Below the pieces are notes generated by a model, which was not told the origin of the DNA, did not search any database, and saw only the letters and a program-made list of their open reading frames with translations. From Waterburya sp. (GTDB taxonomy: Bacteria; Cyanobacteriota; Cyanobacteriia; Cyanobacteriales; Xenococcaceae), in assembly GCA_965217895.1 (NCBI GenBank), contig CBDCJV010000002.1, positions 2,112,001 to 2,176,000 on the forward strand: a stretch of 64,000 nucleotides of DNA. Direction: 5' to 3'. The translations under genes and the position numbers were made by a program. Shown here piece after piece: positions 1 to 9,298 of this stretch. The stretch's first letter is position 1; the number at the start of each line of letters is the position of its first letter.

Positions 1-1242
1 TGTCAAACCTAAAGCATCTTGAATAATCTCAAAACTAGGAATGGCAAAGGTACTTTTACTCGTTTTTATTTGAAAAATCAAATCATTTAATATTTTGCTG
101 TTGATTAATTTATCTATCTGAATTCTTTCTATTATAGCTGTATTTTTATTAAAGATTTCTAGTTGATTATTATCTATCAATAAAAACTCTAAGTTTATAT
201 TTTTTCCAGTAACTTTTGTTACATTAAAATAATTATTTGTTGGATTAAGATTTTCGTCTGCAAGTATTATTTTCCGTTCAACTAAAATTCTGATAAAAGT
301 TAGCAATTCTGACCACTCGCCTTTATTTTTAGTTTTCTTCATTATTGTTTGGTTATCATTTAAACTATTCATATAAGCAATAATATTTTTACCTACAGCT
401 TTTACTGCATTAACTGCAACACTATTACCAAGTTGTTTGATGGCTTGAGTGGGACTAACAGGAAATTCAAAATTATCAGGAAAACCCTGCATTTTTTTTG
501 CTTCAATGTAACTTAGCTTCTTAACTTCGCCATCAACCAAATATGAATCCCAATTACGGCGATCCTTAATATCTGAACCACGACCACCAATTCTTAAAGT
601 GAATCCTATTTCTCTGCTACAAACACCACCCCATACATCACTCATCTTAAATTCCAAGGGCTGTTTAACAGGAAAATTGAATCCTTTAAAAAACGATTCA
701 TCACGAAAACCCACCATGAAAGTTCTAGGTCTTAATTGAGGTAAACCATAATCTGATGCTTTGATAATTTGAAAATAAAATGAATAGCCCAAATCTATCT
801 CTAAAATTTCACGAATTAGTTTAAAAGTTTTACCTCGATCGTGATTAACTAACCCTCTAACATTTTCTAAAAAGTATGCTTTTGGACGTTTGGCTTCCAA
901 AATATCGGCAATATTAAAAAATAAATTGCCTCTCTCAGAATTATGAATATCATTAAAGCCTCTCTTATATCCTGCTTGGCTAAAAGGCTGACAAGGAAAA
1001 CCGGCACACAAAATATCAAAGTCAGGAATTTCATCAGGAACAACCTGTCTTATATCTTGGTTAAATAAACCAGATTCAAATAGTTGAGGCGAGATTTTTT
1101 GGAAATTATGAATATAGGTTTTTCTGGCATATTGGTCAATTTCCGATGCAAAAACGCATTTACCTCCTAAAGTGTGCATCGCCAAATGAAATCCGCCTAT
1201 TCCTGCAAACAGATCGATGAATTTAAATCTTTCTTGTTTCAT
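1..1242 (-). CDS. C5 DNA cytosine methyltransferase fused in-frame to an HpaII-family restriction endonuclease domain (runs off the left edge)
   Basis: Manual translation from ATG at 1242: FIDLFAGIGG (motif I), AGFPCQPFS (IV), LENVRGL (VI), PQLRPR (VIII), MQGFP and KQLGNSVAV (IX/X). It continues with no stop into MKKTKNKGEWSELL (ATG at 342), resembling the HpaII-family N-terminus. No stop codon in this frame from 1242 to 1. Confidence 0.85.
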   Translation of the reverse strand, partial: MKQERFKFIDLFAGIGGFHLAMHTLGGKCVFASEIDQYARKTYIHNFQKISPQLFESGLFNQDIRQVVPDEIPDFDILCAGFPCQPFSQAGYKRGFNDIHNSERGNLFFNIADILEAKRPKAYFLENVRGLVNHDRGKTFKLIREILEIDLGYSFYFQIIKASDYGLPQLRPRTFMVGFRDESFFKGFNFPVKQPLEFKMSDVWGGVCSREIGFTLRIGGRGSDIKDRRNWDSYLVDGEVKKLSYIEAKKMQGFPDNFEFPVSPTQAIKQLGNSVAVNAVKAVGKNIIAYMNSLNDNQTIMKKTKNKGEWSELLTFIRILVERKIILADENLNPTNNYFNVTKVTGKNINLEFLLIDNNQLEIFNKNTAIIERIQIDKLINSKILNDLIFQIKTSKSTFAIPSFEIIQDALGLT

Positions 1243-1342
1243 ACCAAATTTGATATTACACAAACTATTTATAACAGTATCAATTGTATTTAGGACAATA
1301 TTAACCTTGGAGATATTGCTTTATTTCAACTTTTACAAGAAA

Positions 1343-2437
1343 TTATCCATCGCTAATTATCAATTTAAGCAGTACCTCACCCATCTCTTTACAGCCTACC
1401 GCCTTCATCCCTGGTGACATAATATCTCCTGTACGGTAGCCACGATCCAAAACTCGGTTAACTACGTTCTCAATTTCGGTTGCGGCATCGGGGACATTTA
1501 AACCGTAACGCAACATCATCGCTGCACTAAGCACCTGTGCCAGAGGATTTGCTTTATCTTGTCCTGCAATGTCGGGTGCCGATCCGTGAACAGGCTCAAA
1601 TACTCCAGGTGTACCCGCACTGCCTAAGCTAGCAGAGGGTAACATTCCAATACTGCCCGTTAGCATCGCCGCAGCATCAGAAAGAATATCCCCAAATAAA
1701 TTACCTGTAACGATGGTATCAAACTGTTTGGGAGCGCGAACTAGCTGCATTGCTGCATTGTCTACGTATAAATGGCTTAACTCTACATCATTATAATCCT
1801 TTGCCATTGCCGTAACGCGATCGCGCCACAGTTGAGAAACGTCTAGTACATTAGCTTTATCAACCGAGCATAATTTACCGCTGCGTTTTTGAGCAGTTTC
1901 AAAACCGACTTTGGCAATGCGATCTATTTCACTAACGCTATACGCCATCGTATTAACGCCCCGTTTTTCTCCTGTTTCAGTTTCAAAAATCCCTTTCGGC
2001 TGTCCAAAATATATACCGCCAGTCAACTCTCGCACCACCATAATGTCTACTCCCTCTACTATTTCTCGCTTGAGAGAAGAAGCGTCAATTAGCTGAGGTA
2101 AAATAGTTGCTGGTCGAAGATTAGCAAACAATCTTAGTCCAGCACGCATTGCCAACAAGCCAGTTTCAGGACGTTTATTGCGGGGTAAGCTATCCCATTT
2201 ATAACCACCAATTGCCGCTAGCAAGACTGCATCACTTTGACGACAGGCTGTCAATGTTTGTTTGGGTAAAGGTTCTCCTGTCTCATCGATCGCAGCACCG
2301 CCAATCAAAGCCTCCGTAAAGGTAAACTTTAAATTATGTTTAGGTGCGATCGCCTTTAATACTTCCACCGCCACAGAAATAATTTCAGGGCCAATACCAT
2401 CCCCAGGAAGTAAAGTAATGTGGTGGTTTTTAGTCAT
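1343..2437 (-). CDS. leuB: 3-isopropylmalate dehydrogenase
   Basis: [37 protein letters not shown]; start moved to ATG 2437 (MTKNHHIT). Confidence 0.97.
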   Translation of the reverse strand: MTKNHHITLLPGDGIGPEIISVAVEVLKAIAPKHNLKFTFTEALIGGAAIDETGEPLPKQTLTACRQSDAVLLAAIGGYKWDSLPRNKRPETGLLAMRAGLRLFANLRPATILPQLIDASSLKREIVEGVDIMVVRELTGGIYFGQPKGIFETETGEKRGVNTMAYSVSEIDRIAKVGFETAQKRSGKLCSVDKANVLDVSQLWRDRVTAMAKDYNDVELSHLYVDNAAMQLVRAPKQFDTIVTGNLFGDILSDAAAMLTGSIGMLPSASLGSAGTPGVFEPVHGSAPDIAGQDKANPLAQVLSAAMMLRYGLNVPDAATEIENVVNRVLDRGYRTGDIMSPGMKAVGCKEMGEVLLKLIISDG

Positions 2438-2538
2438 AATAGCTGTTGAACTTTTCTGAGAAATGCAATTTGGCAATAGCTATTAATTTACCATTTAGCA
2501 GTGACTCAAAAAGATAGAGTTAATTATTTTTGAAGTTG

Positions 2539-3210
2539 TCATACATCTACCCATTTGCGGAGAAGATTAGCAATACTCTTAGAAACTAGGTCAAATTCAG
2601 GAGTTTTGCCAGATTTAGCAAAGATAGCGCGACGAGCCGTATCTAAATCAAAGAGAATTTCGCGATCGCCCGCATCCCGAATTGTACTCTGTACCCAACC
2701 AACAGCAACTAACCTTATTCCCTGAGTCACAGAATTAACACGGTGCAGGGTAGTAGAAGGATAAACTATAGCCGAACCAGCTTCAAGTTTATAGCTTTGT
2801 TCTTCCTGCACTCCTTCAATGACTAGCTCTCCTCCTTCATAGTCTTGGGGCGAATTCAGAAATAAGGTAAAGGAAACATCAGAGCGACATAAGCTAGAGT
2901 TGCCCTTCATCAGCGCATTATCTATATGGGTGTCGTAAGACATTCCCTCGCTATAGCGACTAAAAAGCAATGAATGAACCGCTTTGGGACGAACTGTTGA
3001 TTGGAATAAAACATTGTCGGCTAAAGCAATACCAATCTTTCTTTGAAGTTCTTTTTGAAATGTTCCTGTTTTTAGTTGCTGATTGTTTTTAACTAACTTA
3101 GCGTGCCAACCTGCCGTCAGCTTACCATCAACAAATTCTGCTTGTTCTAAAACTTGTCTAATTTCGGCTAAATCTTCAGGAGAAAGAATTTGCTCAATTG
3201 AGAAAATCAT
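2539..3210 (-). CDS. Fe(II)/2-oxoglutarate-dependent oxygenase, PiuC/YbiX (PKHD-type)
   Basis: FVDGKLTAG, HxD (HIDN), YEGGELVI, YPSTTLHRV, RLVAVGWVQS. Confidence 0.9.
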   Translation of the reverse strand: MIFSIEQILSPEDLAEIRQVLEQAEFVDGKLTAGWHAKLVKNNQQLKTGTFQKELQRKIGIALADNVLFQSTVRPKAVHSLLFSRYSEGMSYDTHIDNALMKGNSSLCRSDVSFTLFLNSPQDYEGGELVIEGVQEEQSYKLEAGSAIVYPSTTLHRVNSVTQGIRLVAVGWVQSTIRDAGDREILFDLDTARRAIFAKSGKTPEFDLVSKSIANLLRKWVDV

Positions 3211-3260
3211 AACTTTTGACTTTTTAACTCTTGAAACTAAGTTGCTTTCATAGAGATAAT

Positions 3261-3292
3261 ATTATCTCGCGCAAAGGCGCAAAGGCGCAAAG
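3261..3292. repeat. ATTATCTCG followed by about 3 CGCAAAGG octamers; diverged copy at 29314-29346
   Basis: attatctcgcgcaaaggcgcaaaggcgcaaag versus attatctcgcccagaggcgcaccaggtgcaaag. Confidence 0.7.
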
Positions 3293-3445
3293 AAAAACGC
3301 TGATAGTAAAGTTATAAGTTTAAATGCACATCAGCCTAGCTTGATGTCCTACACCTGAAGGACAAAGAATGCCAAAATGTATCATAGCAATGATCGATAA
3401 GCGGAGAATGATTTGTAGTTAATAACATTCTCCTGCACATCGAAC

Positions 3446-4285
3446 TTATTTGTTAAATTCGATCTGAGTTACTAGAGCAGAAATTTCACCAGGCTGTTTA
3501 ATCGGTTTTGCGGGTGGCTCAATAGATGGCCAAGCTGTTTTTAATTCTGCCAAACTATCGGTAATTATTTTATGTCCTTCTGGATCTGCCTGGCTTTTTT
3601 GGTCAGCTACGGTTTGATATAGCTCGTCGGCATAATAGACAAATCCTCTGGAATCTTGATACTCTACAACTTCGACAAACTGATTGTTGGCGATCGCTGC
3701 CTTGTATTCAGCATCTGCATTTTTCAGCATTTCTACCATCACCTCTAGCACAAATTCTGGAGAGTTGCGTTGTTCTTGGGGGACAGCAGCGATCGCTTCA
3801 TCAATAGAAGCCTCAGACTTAGCGAACAATGTTTTCATTTCAGGAGAATCAGGAGCAGATATTGCTAAATCATGTAGTTGATTTAAGGTTGGCTTAAAGT
3901 CGTTCACCCCCTTCTGCGGTAATACAGTTTCAATATCGCTATAAAGTTCTTCTACAGGATGACCAATATGAGGTTCAGCTTCTTCATAGTTTTTTTTAGC
4001 GATCAATTCTTTGGCTGCGAGCAAATGTCCTTTCATCAAACCTAGAGAAGTCATATAGTCTACATTGGGATCTCCAGTAGCAGTTCCATCTTCACCACCG
4101 CCCTCTGCACCCTCACCGCCTTCACCGCCTTCTGCACCTTGTGCCAAGAGTAAATAAGTTTGGGAAGTAGATGCCTCTAGCATATCATCAGTTTCATGAG
4201 CATTTGAGGGTAGAGCTTGAGTCCCCACTGCTGTTACAAAACCACAGGCTAAAAATAATTCTATAGTTTTAATTCGAGTAGACAT
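3446..4285 (-). CDS. Secreted putative metal (iron)-binding protein with GEGGEG linker
   Basis: Signal peptide, GAEGGEGGEGAEGG tract, KGHL, HIGHPVEELY and EYQDSRGF motifs; lies between an MCO and a PiuC-like gene. Confidence 0.6.
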   Translation of the reverse strand: MSTRIKTIELFLACGFVTAVGTQALPSNAHETDDMLEASTSQTYLLLAQGAEGGEGGEGAEGGGEDGTATGDPNVDYMTSLGLMKGHLLAAKELIAKKNYEEAEPHIGHPVEELYSDIETVLPQKGVNDFKPTLNQLHDLAISAPDSPEMKTLFAKSEASIDEAIAAVPQEQRNSPEFVLEVMVEMLKNADAEYKAAIANNQFVEVVEYQDSRGFVYYADELYQTVADQKSQADPEGHKIITDSLAELKTAWPSIEPPAKPIKQPGEISALVTQIEFNK

Positions 4286-4335
4286 AAATTTGAATTTGGC
4301 ATTTATACGTAATTGTTCTGAATTAGTAATTTACT

Positions 4336-4360
4336 ATTATTGCGAATTTAAGTCAATAAT
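4336..4360. promoter_or_regulatory. Possible Fur-like operator
   Basis: Dyad ATTATTG-cgaatttaagt-CAATAAT about 50 bp upstream of the 4285 start; a similar AT dyad at 5623-5644 precedes the MCO. Confidence 0.4.
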
Positions 4361-4405
4361 TTTAAAAATAGTAAATTTATTTTTAGGTTGAGCCAAATTA
4401 TGTAT

Positions 4406-4568
4406 CTGATGTTACGCATTTATCGATCTGTGAAGACTGGGTAGTGAGGTGTTTGGGGTAATGAGGTATTTGTGGTGGTGAGGTGTTTGAGGTAATTACT
4501 CCAAAGATCGACCCTATCTTCTATACTCATTACTCACTACTCCATGACCCCATGCTGCGTAATATCAG
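4406..4568. mobile_element. MITE-like element with 13-bp TIRs enclosing 17-bp tandem repeats
   Basis: Left ctgatgttacgca, right tgcgtaatatcag (12/13 inverted match); three internal GGTRRTGAGGTRTTTG-type units from 4439. Confidence 0.6.
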
Positions 4569-5573
4569 TTATGTATCTTCAGGAATTACGTCAAAATAAC
4601 CCATACAGCCATATTCAGCAATATAGTCTTGATGGGGATGAAACATATATTTGCCAGGATACTTATAAGCAAATTCTAGAATGTGTCGCTCGGCTGTCCC
4701 CATCGTAATTACGTCACTTTCTTCATTGGGTTCTAGACTTCTGCCAGTACGATAAACCTGAAACATATTGGCATGAATATGAAAAGTGATAGCTGGATCG
4801 AACTCAATCATGTTGAGTACATAGAGACGAATCAATTGATTTTGATAAATGGGAATTGGATAATCGCGATAATAGTTAGGAATCCCATTAAAAGCGTATA
4901 GTTCGTTTTTGCCATCAGTATCAAGATCGTAAGCACCCATCACCATCACCATTTCATCTGCGGGAGGACGACCTTCGGGGGGATCGACAATAAACAAGCC
5001 ATATAAACCTTTACTTACATGACGAGTAACAGGAGCAACATGACAATGATAGGGATAAACACCATAAAGTTCGGCATCAAATTCATAGATCATTGTTTTG
5101 CCCCTACGTACAGATGTGACTCCATCCATTTCAACTGGGTGAGTGCCATGAAAATGCAGGCTATGAGAATGCCCATCTTCGTTATGGAAAATAATGCGAA
5201 CGCGATCGCCTTCTGTGGCTCTCAGGGTAGGGGCGGGAACGCGATTGTTTAAATTCCAGCTTACAAAAGTAATGGCACTATTAAGCTGTAAGGTCGTACT
5301 GTGAGCAGCAAGTTCAAATTCTCGGATGGTACGCCCAGCTTCTTCTTTGACTGTGCCATAGTTAAAATCTCGCAAAACTGCCATCGGCTCAAAACTTTGA
5401 GCTAATGAACTATTGGTTTGGGGAAGGGGAGGAATTTTGACTGGTTCAGCAGCCTTAACCTCGCTACTACAAAGCTTTAATGCCGTAGCAGAAATGCCTG
5501 CTGCTAATAAACCCCAGCGAATAACCTGCCGACGACTTCTCAGTTGACGGTCTAATGGGAATATATCTGACAT
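4569..5573 (-). CDS. Tat-exported two-domain multicopper oxidase
   Basis: SRRQVI Tat-like signal; HSLHFH, YHCHVAPVTRH, FHIHA and MFHPH copper motifs; 334 aa. Confidence 0.88.
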   Translation of the reverse strand: MSDIFPLDRQLRSRRQVIRWGLLAAGISATALKLCSSEVKAAEPVKIPPLPQTNSSLAQSFEPMAVLRDFNYGTVKEEAGRTIREFELAAHSTTLQLNSAITFVSWNLNNRVPAPTLRATEGDRVRIIFHNEDGHSHSLHFHGTHPVEMDGVTSVRRGKTMIYEFDAELYGVYPYHCHVAPVTRHVSKGLYGLFIVDPPEGRPPADEMVMVMGAYDLDTDGKNELYAFNGIPNYYRDYPIPIYQNQLIRLYVLNMIEFDPAITFHIHANMFQVYRTGRSLEPNEESDVITMGTAERHILEFAYKYPGKYMFHPHQDYIAEYGCMGYFDVIPEDT

Positions 5574-5812
5574 AAAAAATTATTTTATACGTGAACAAAT
5601 CTATAGAAAAGTGCTAATTAAATAATTGCATATTTTTCTTATTAAGGAAAATTTGGTTTACCGACCTCACTATAAATACGTAAACAGAAATTAATTTACC
5701 CTGACTACGATCGAATTAAGTATATTTTCGATTAGACTAATCGATATATCGGGAGTAAATTAGATCCGACTCAGATAAAGCTACGCAAATTTCTTCGGAG
5801 AAATAAATCAAA

Positions 5813-6853
5813 GTGGGTTTTCTTAATCGTTTTAATCTTTCGCGGGACATGGGTATCGATCTAGGTACTGCTAATACACTAATTTACGTATCCGGTAAGG
5901 GAATCGTCTTAGAAGAACCTTCTGTGGTGGCAATAGATCGCAAAACGGAAATCCCACAGGCATTTGGTAAAGAAGCAAAATTGTTGTTAGGTCGCTCTCC
6001 CGAACATATTCAGGCTTTGCGTCCGCTCAAAGATGGTGTAATTGCTGATTTTGATGCGACAGAAGCCATGATTCATGAGTTTGTCAAACGAGCTTATGAA
6101 GGCAAGCCCTTAGTTCATCCCCGCATGGTTATTGGTATTCCTAGCGGAGTTACCAAATTAGAGCGTCGTGCTGTAATTGAAGCAGCCTCTAATGCAGGGG
6201 CAAGAGAGGTAGATTTGATTGAAGAACCCCTCGCAGCAGCTATTGGCGCAGGATTACCTATTAGTGAACCCACAGGTAACATGATTGTCGATATTGGTGG
6301 TGGCACAACGGAGGTGGCGGTAATTAGCTCTCAGGGCAAAGTAATTAGCGAATCAATCCGCATTGCTGGAGATGAATTGAGCGAAGTAATTGCTAATCAG
6401 ATCAAAAGAGAGCATAAGCTAGCTATTGGCGAAAATACAGCCGAAGCGATCAAGTTCAAGCTAGGTTCAGCTTATCCTGTGGATGAAACTAACAATCGCA
6501 CCATAGAAGTAAGAGGTTTACACCTATTATCAGGCTTACCTCGCACTATTGAAGTTAGTGAATCAGAAATTCGCCAATGTTTACAAGAACCAGTCAAAAG
6601 TATTATTGAAACGATTAAACTTACCCTTGAGCAAACTCCCCCAGATTTAGCTGCGGATATTATTGACCGTGGCATTATGTTGGCTGGTGGAGGAGCATTA
6701 TTAAGGGGGTTAGACGTTTTAATTAGCCATGAAACAGGAATTGTCACTCATATTGCTGCTGAACCTTTAAAATGCGTCGTTTTAGGGACAGGTAGAGTAT
6801 TGGAAGATAAAACCTTAGATCGAGTATTTAGCGATCGCTCCATACTTATTTAA
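5813..6853 (+). CDS. mreB: Rod shape-determining protein MreB
   Basis: GIDLGTANT, EPLAAAIGAG, DIGGGTTEVA, LAGGGALL. Confidence 0.97.
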   Translation: MGFLNRFNLSRDMGIDLGTANTLIYVSGKGIVLEEPSVVAIDRKTEIPQAFGKEAKLLLGRSPEHIQALRPLKDGVIADFDATEAMIHEFVKRAYEGKPLVHPRMVIGIPSGVTKLERRAVIEAASNAGAREVDLIEEPLAAAIGAGLPISEPTGNMIVDIGGGTTEVAVISSQGKVISESIRIAGDELSEVIANQIKREHKLAIGENTAEAIKFKLGSAYPVDETNNRTIEVRGLHLLSGLPRTIEVSESEIRQCLQEPVKSIIETIKLTLEQTPPDLAADIIDRGIMLAGGGALLRGLDVLISHETGIVTHIAAEPLKCVVLGTGRVLEDKTLDRVFSDRSILI

Positions 6854-6878
6854 ATCGTCATTACCAATTGGATGAAAT

Positions 6879-7625
6879 ATGGGTCGCTGGTGGGATAAAT
6901 TTGGTTTTCGCACAACAATAGTTATAGTGGCTTTAATTATTGCCCTCTTGATTAGACAAACTCAGGCTGCAATTTTATCAGAGATGTATTATTTTGTGGT
7001 CAGTCCTTTTCAGTCCCAAAAGCAGCTAACTCTAGAAGATAGACTAACCAACGCTCGTATTTTAGAGTTAGAACAGCGGGTAACAGAATTAGAACAGCAA
7101 AATAAGCAGCTAAAACAGTTGCTAAATTACAGTTCGACTCAAACAAGCAAAACTATAGCTGCACCAGTAATTAGCCGTAGTCGCGATCGCTGGTGGGAGC
7201 AAGTTACCCTAGGTAAAGGTAGCCAAGATAATATTAAACCAGGTTTTATCGTGTCGGGAATTGGCGGTTTGGTAGGTAGAGTTACCAGCGTTACTCCTCA
7301 CACTAGTAAAGTACTGCTAATTAGCGATGATACTAGTCGAGTTGGCGCAGTTATCAGCCGTAGTCGTCAATTGGGCTATGTTCAAGGTGAAAAAGCATCT
7401 AGTGTGGTGATGCACTTTTTTGAAGAGGTTACAGGCATTAAACCTGGAGATCAAATAGTCACTTCAAATCTGAGTAAGCTATATCCCCCTGGTTTACCTA
7501 TTGGCAAAGTAAAAGCTCAAGAACTAAAAGAAGAAGCCGTTTCGGAAATAGAAATAGAATTAACTGCACCTATTGATGTTTTGGAATGGGTTATTGTTCA
7601 GCCTTTTGAACCTAAAATTAAGTAA
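6879..7625 (+). CDS. mreC: Rod shape-determining protein MreC
   Basis: TM plus coiled coil, GLVGRV, VTSNLSKLYPPGLPIG; follows mreB. Confidence 0.93.
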   Translation: MGRWWDKFGFRTTIVIVALIIALLIRQTQAAILSEMYYFVVSPFQSQKQLTLEDRLTNARILELEQRVTELEQQNKQLKQLLNYSSTQTSKTIAAPVISRSRDRWWEQVTLGKGSQDNIKPGFIVSGIGGLVGRVTSVTPHTSKVLLISDDTSRVGAVISRSRQLGYVQGEKASSVVMHFFEEVTGIKPGDQIVTSNLSKLYPPGLPIGKVKAQELKEEAVSEIEIELTAPIDVLEWVIVQPFEPKIK

Positions 7626-7639
7626 TAGGTAATCAGTAA

Positions 7640-7671
7640 TCAGTTAGGGGCGAACGGCCGTTCGCTCGTAC
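7640..7671. repeat. REP-like GC palindrome (uninterrupted copy)
   Basis: tcagttaggggcgaacggccgttcgctcgtac; an interrupted reverse-strand copy lies at 58628-58764. Confidence 0.75.
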
Positions 7672-7675
7672 AGTA

Positions 7676-8224
7676 ATGCCTAGTAAAAAAACACCATCAA
7701 TAGACGTATTAAAAATTTTAAATGTCCTGTTTATTTTTGCTTCTGTAGTTATATGTTCTTTTTTAATGCTGTTGCATATTCCTGGAATGGAACTGTTAGG
7801 CACAAATCCTAATTGGCTGTTAATTTGGGTAGTTGCTTGGAGTATCAAGCGTAATATTTGGCAAGGTGCGATCGCAGGCTTAATGATCGGCTGTATCTAT
7901 GACGGTATAGTTGTTAGCACCCCTTCTTATATACTTAGTTTTGTTTTGGTTGGGGTGTTAACCTCTAGTCTGCAAAAGCAAAAATATATTGGAGAAGACT
8001 TTATCTCTGTAGCTTTTATTGTCTTTTTTATGACGATTCTGGCTGAAACAGTCTATGGATTGCAATATGCAAGATATCATTTTTTTAGTATCTCAGAAAT
8101 TATCGATAAGTATCAGCAGATAGCTATCATCTCGGCAATTATAAATAGTCTCTGGAGTCCAGCTTTTTATTATCCTTTTAATCTTTGGAATAATAGAATG
8201 ACCAAGAGAGCAAGTCAGTTTTGA
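7676..8224 (+). CDS. mreD: Rod shape-determining protein MreD
   Basis: Hydrophobic, PNWLLIWVVAWS; third gene of mreBCD. Confidence 0.9.
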   Translation: MPSKKTPSIDVLKILNVLFIFASVVICSFLMLLHIPGMELLGTNPNWLLIWVVAWSIKRNIWQGAIAGLMIGCIYDGIVVSTPSYILSFVLVGVLTSSLQKQKYIGEDFISVAFIVFFMTILAETVYGLQYARYHFFSISEIIDKYQQIAIISAIINSLWSPAFYYPFNLWNNRMTKRASQF

Positions 8225-8467
8225 GCTAACAAATGAAAAAGCAAAATGTAAAATAAAGCTGAAGTTAATAGCGATGTAAGAAATGGATATTGGATAACTA
8301 TAACCTATTTAAAATATTAAAATTAATCAGGCAAAAGTTGATTTAAGGCGATCGCAATCTTCGGAAAAGCTAGAGGCGAAATCGCACCTGTTTTGTATTC
8401 GGAAATTTGCCTATAACCGTCAGCTTGAGGTTCAGTATGAACTATTAGTTTTTGATTAACTAAGTCA

Positions 8468-8566
8468 CAGATTACTCCGCCCTAAACGGACGGAGCCTGT
8501 CTTGGACAGCGTTCCCTTGCGCCTGACGGCGACGCGGGGTCTGTCCGCTGCTGTGACCGTTGGTCA
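8468..8566. mobile_element. 99-nt nested hairpin insertion with GTCA direct repeat
   Basis: gtca at 8464 and 8563; inverted gtcacag...ctgtgac; removal restores VID/LVNQK. Confidence 0.75.
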
Positions 8567-8625
8567 ATTACCCAATATTCAGGAATGCTATTGCAAGCAT
8601 AAATAATTGTTTTCTGTTCCAAGTC

Positions 8626-8727
8626 CTTCTTGAAACAATCGCTGCACAACGCGAAGCGTTGAGTCGCGTCTAGCGACGCTCTGGGCGCATAGCCCTGCGG
8701 GGAAACCCCCAAGACCGCGTTGTTTCG
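8626..8727. mobile_element. 102-nt nested hairpin insertion (GGGGAAACCCCC family)
   Basis: cttcttgaaacaa...ggggaaacccccaagaccgcgttgtttcg; removal restores ETLRK/DLEQK. Confidence 0.8.
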
Positions 8728-9298
8728 CTTCCTCAAGGTTTCCTTAGAAACTTCTATTAGCCAATAGATATTCTCTGGATAGGGATGATGAGCATCATAA
8801 ATGCTCTCTGGTAACTGAACAATGGCGATATCTGGTTCTGGTTCGCTTGCTCTCGAATAGGGGGAGTTGTTTAAAGTAATCGGGTGGGATTCATAGACTT
8901 CCGCTAATCCATCTAAAAGCTTTCTCAAGTATTTAACAGCCCTATGATTGGTATTGCGGTGAGGGACTCCTTCGTGACTCATGGCAGTTATTTCTCCCTC
9001 TAAAAATTCGACTTTTTTACCAGCCAAAACTCCTGAATCAACTAGATCGTGCCATTCTTCAATTGACCATTTATAAGTAGTTATAGTCATATTATTGTTT
9101 ATGCTTGATCGATAAAGGATTTAAGATCTATCTCTAACTTTCTCCATAATTTTGATAGCTTCTACCACGACATTTTATAGGTTTTTCGGACAATTGTAAT
9201 GTGAATATCGATAAAGATGAGTCTGAATGGAGATTATTGCACTTAATTGGGGAAAAGTAAGAAGAGTTAGGTAAAGCATGAATATTAGATGACAACTA

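Larger units (their letters stand above)
8323..9090 (-). pseudogene. Uma2-family endonuclease gene carrying three small insertions (18, 102, 99 nt); TAG inside the third
   Basis: EPEPDIAIV, WLIEVS and IPEYWVID motifs. The frame resumes after TAG (8482-8484) as DLVNQKLIVH...NQLLPD* (8323). Removing the inserts gives 182 aa. Confidence 0.85.

Noticed and set aside
1217..1417. 66-aa plus-strand ORF and the many other short ORFs overlapping long genes (e.g. 1889, 6472, 22629, 37829, 47679, 55121)
   Set aside because: Antisense or alternate-frame shadows of well-supported genes, with no motifs.
4100..4145. GEGGEG tract as a RiPP precursor core
   Set aside because: It is a linker within a 279-aa secreted protein, and no recognisable RiPP maturase is adjacent.
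4439..4494. 17-bp tandem repeats as a possible CRISPR array
   Set aside because: Units are contiguous with no spacers, and no cas genes are present.
8482..9090. ORF-track 202-aa protein as an intact gene with a novel C-terminus
   Set aside because: The tail is translated insertion sequence; the real Uma2 C-terminus continues in-frame to 8323.
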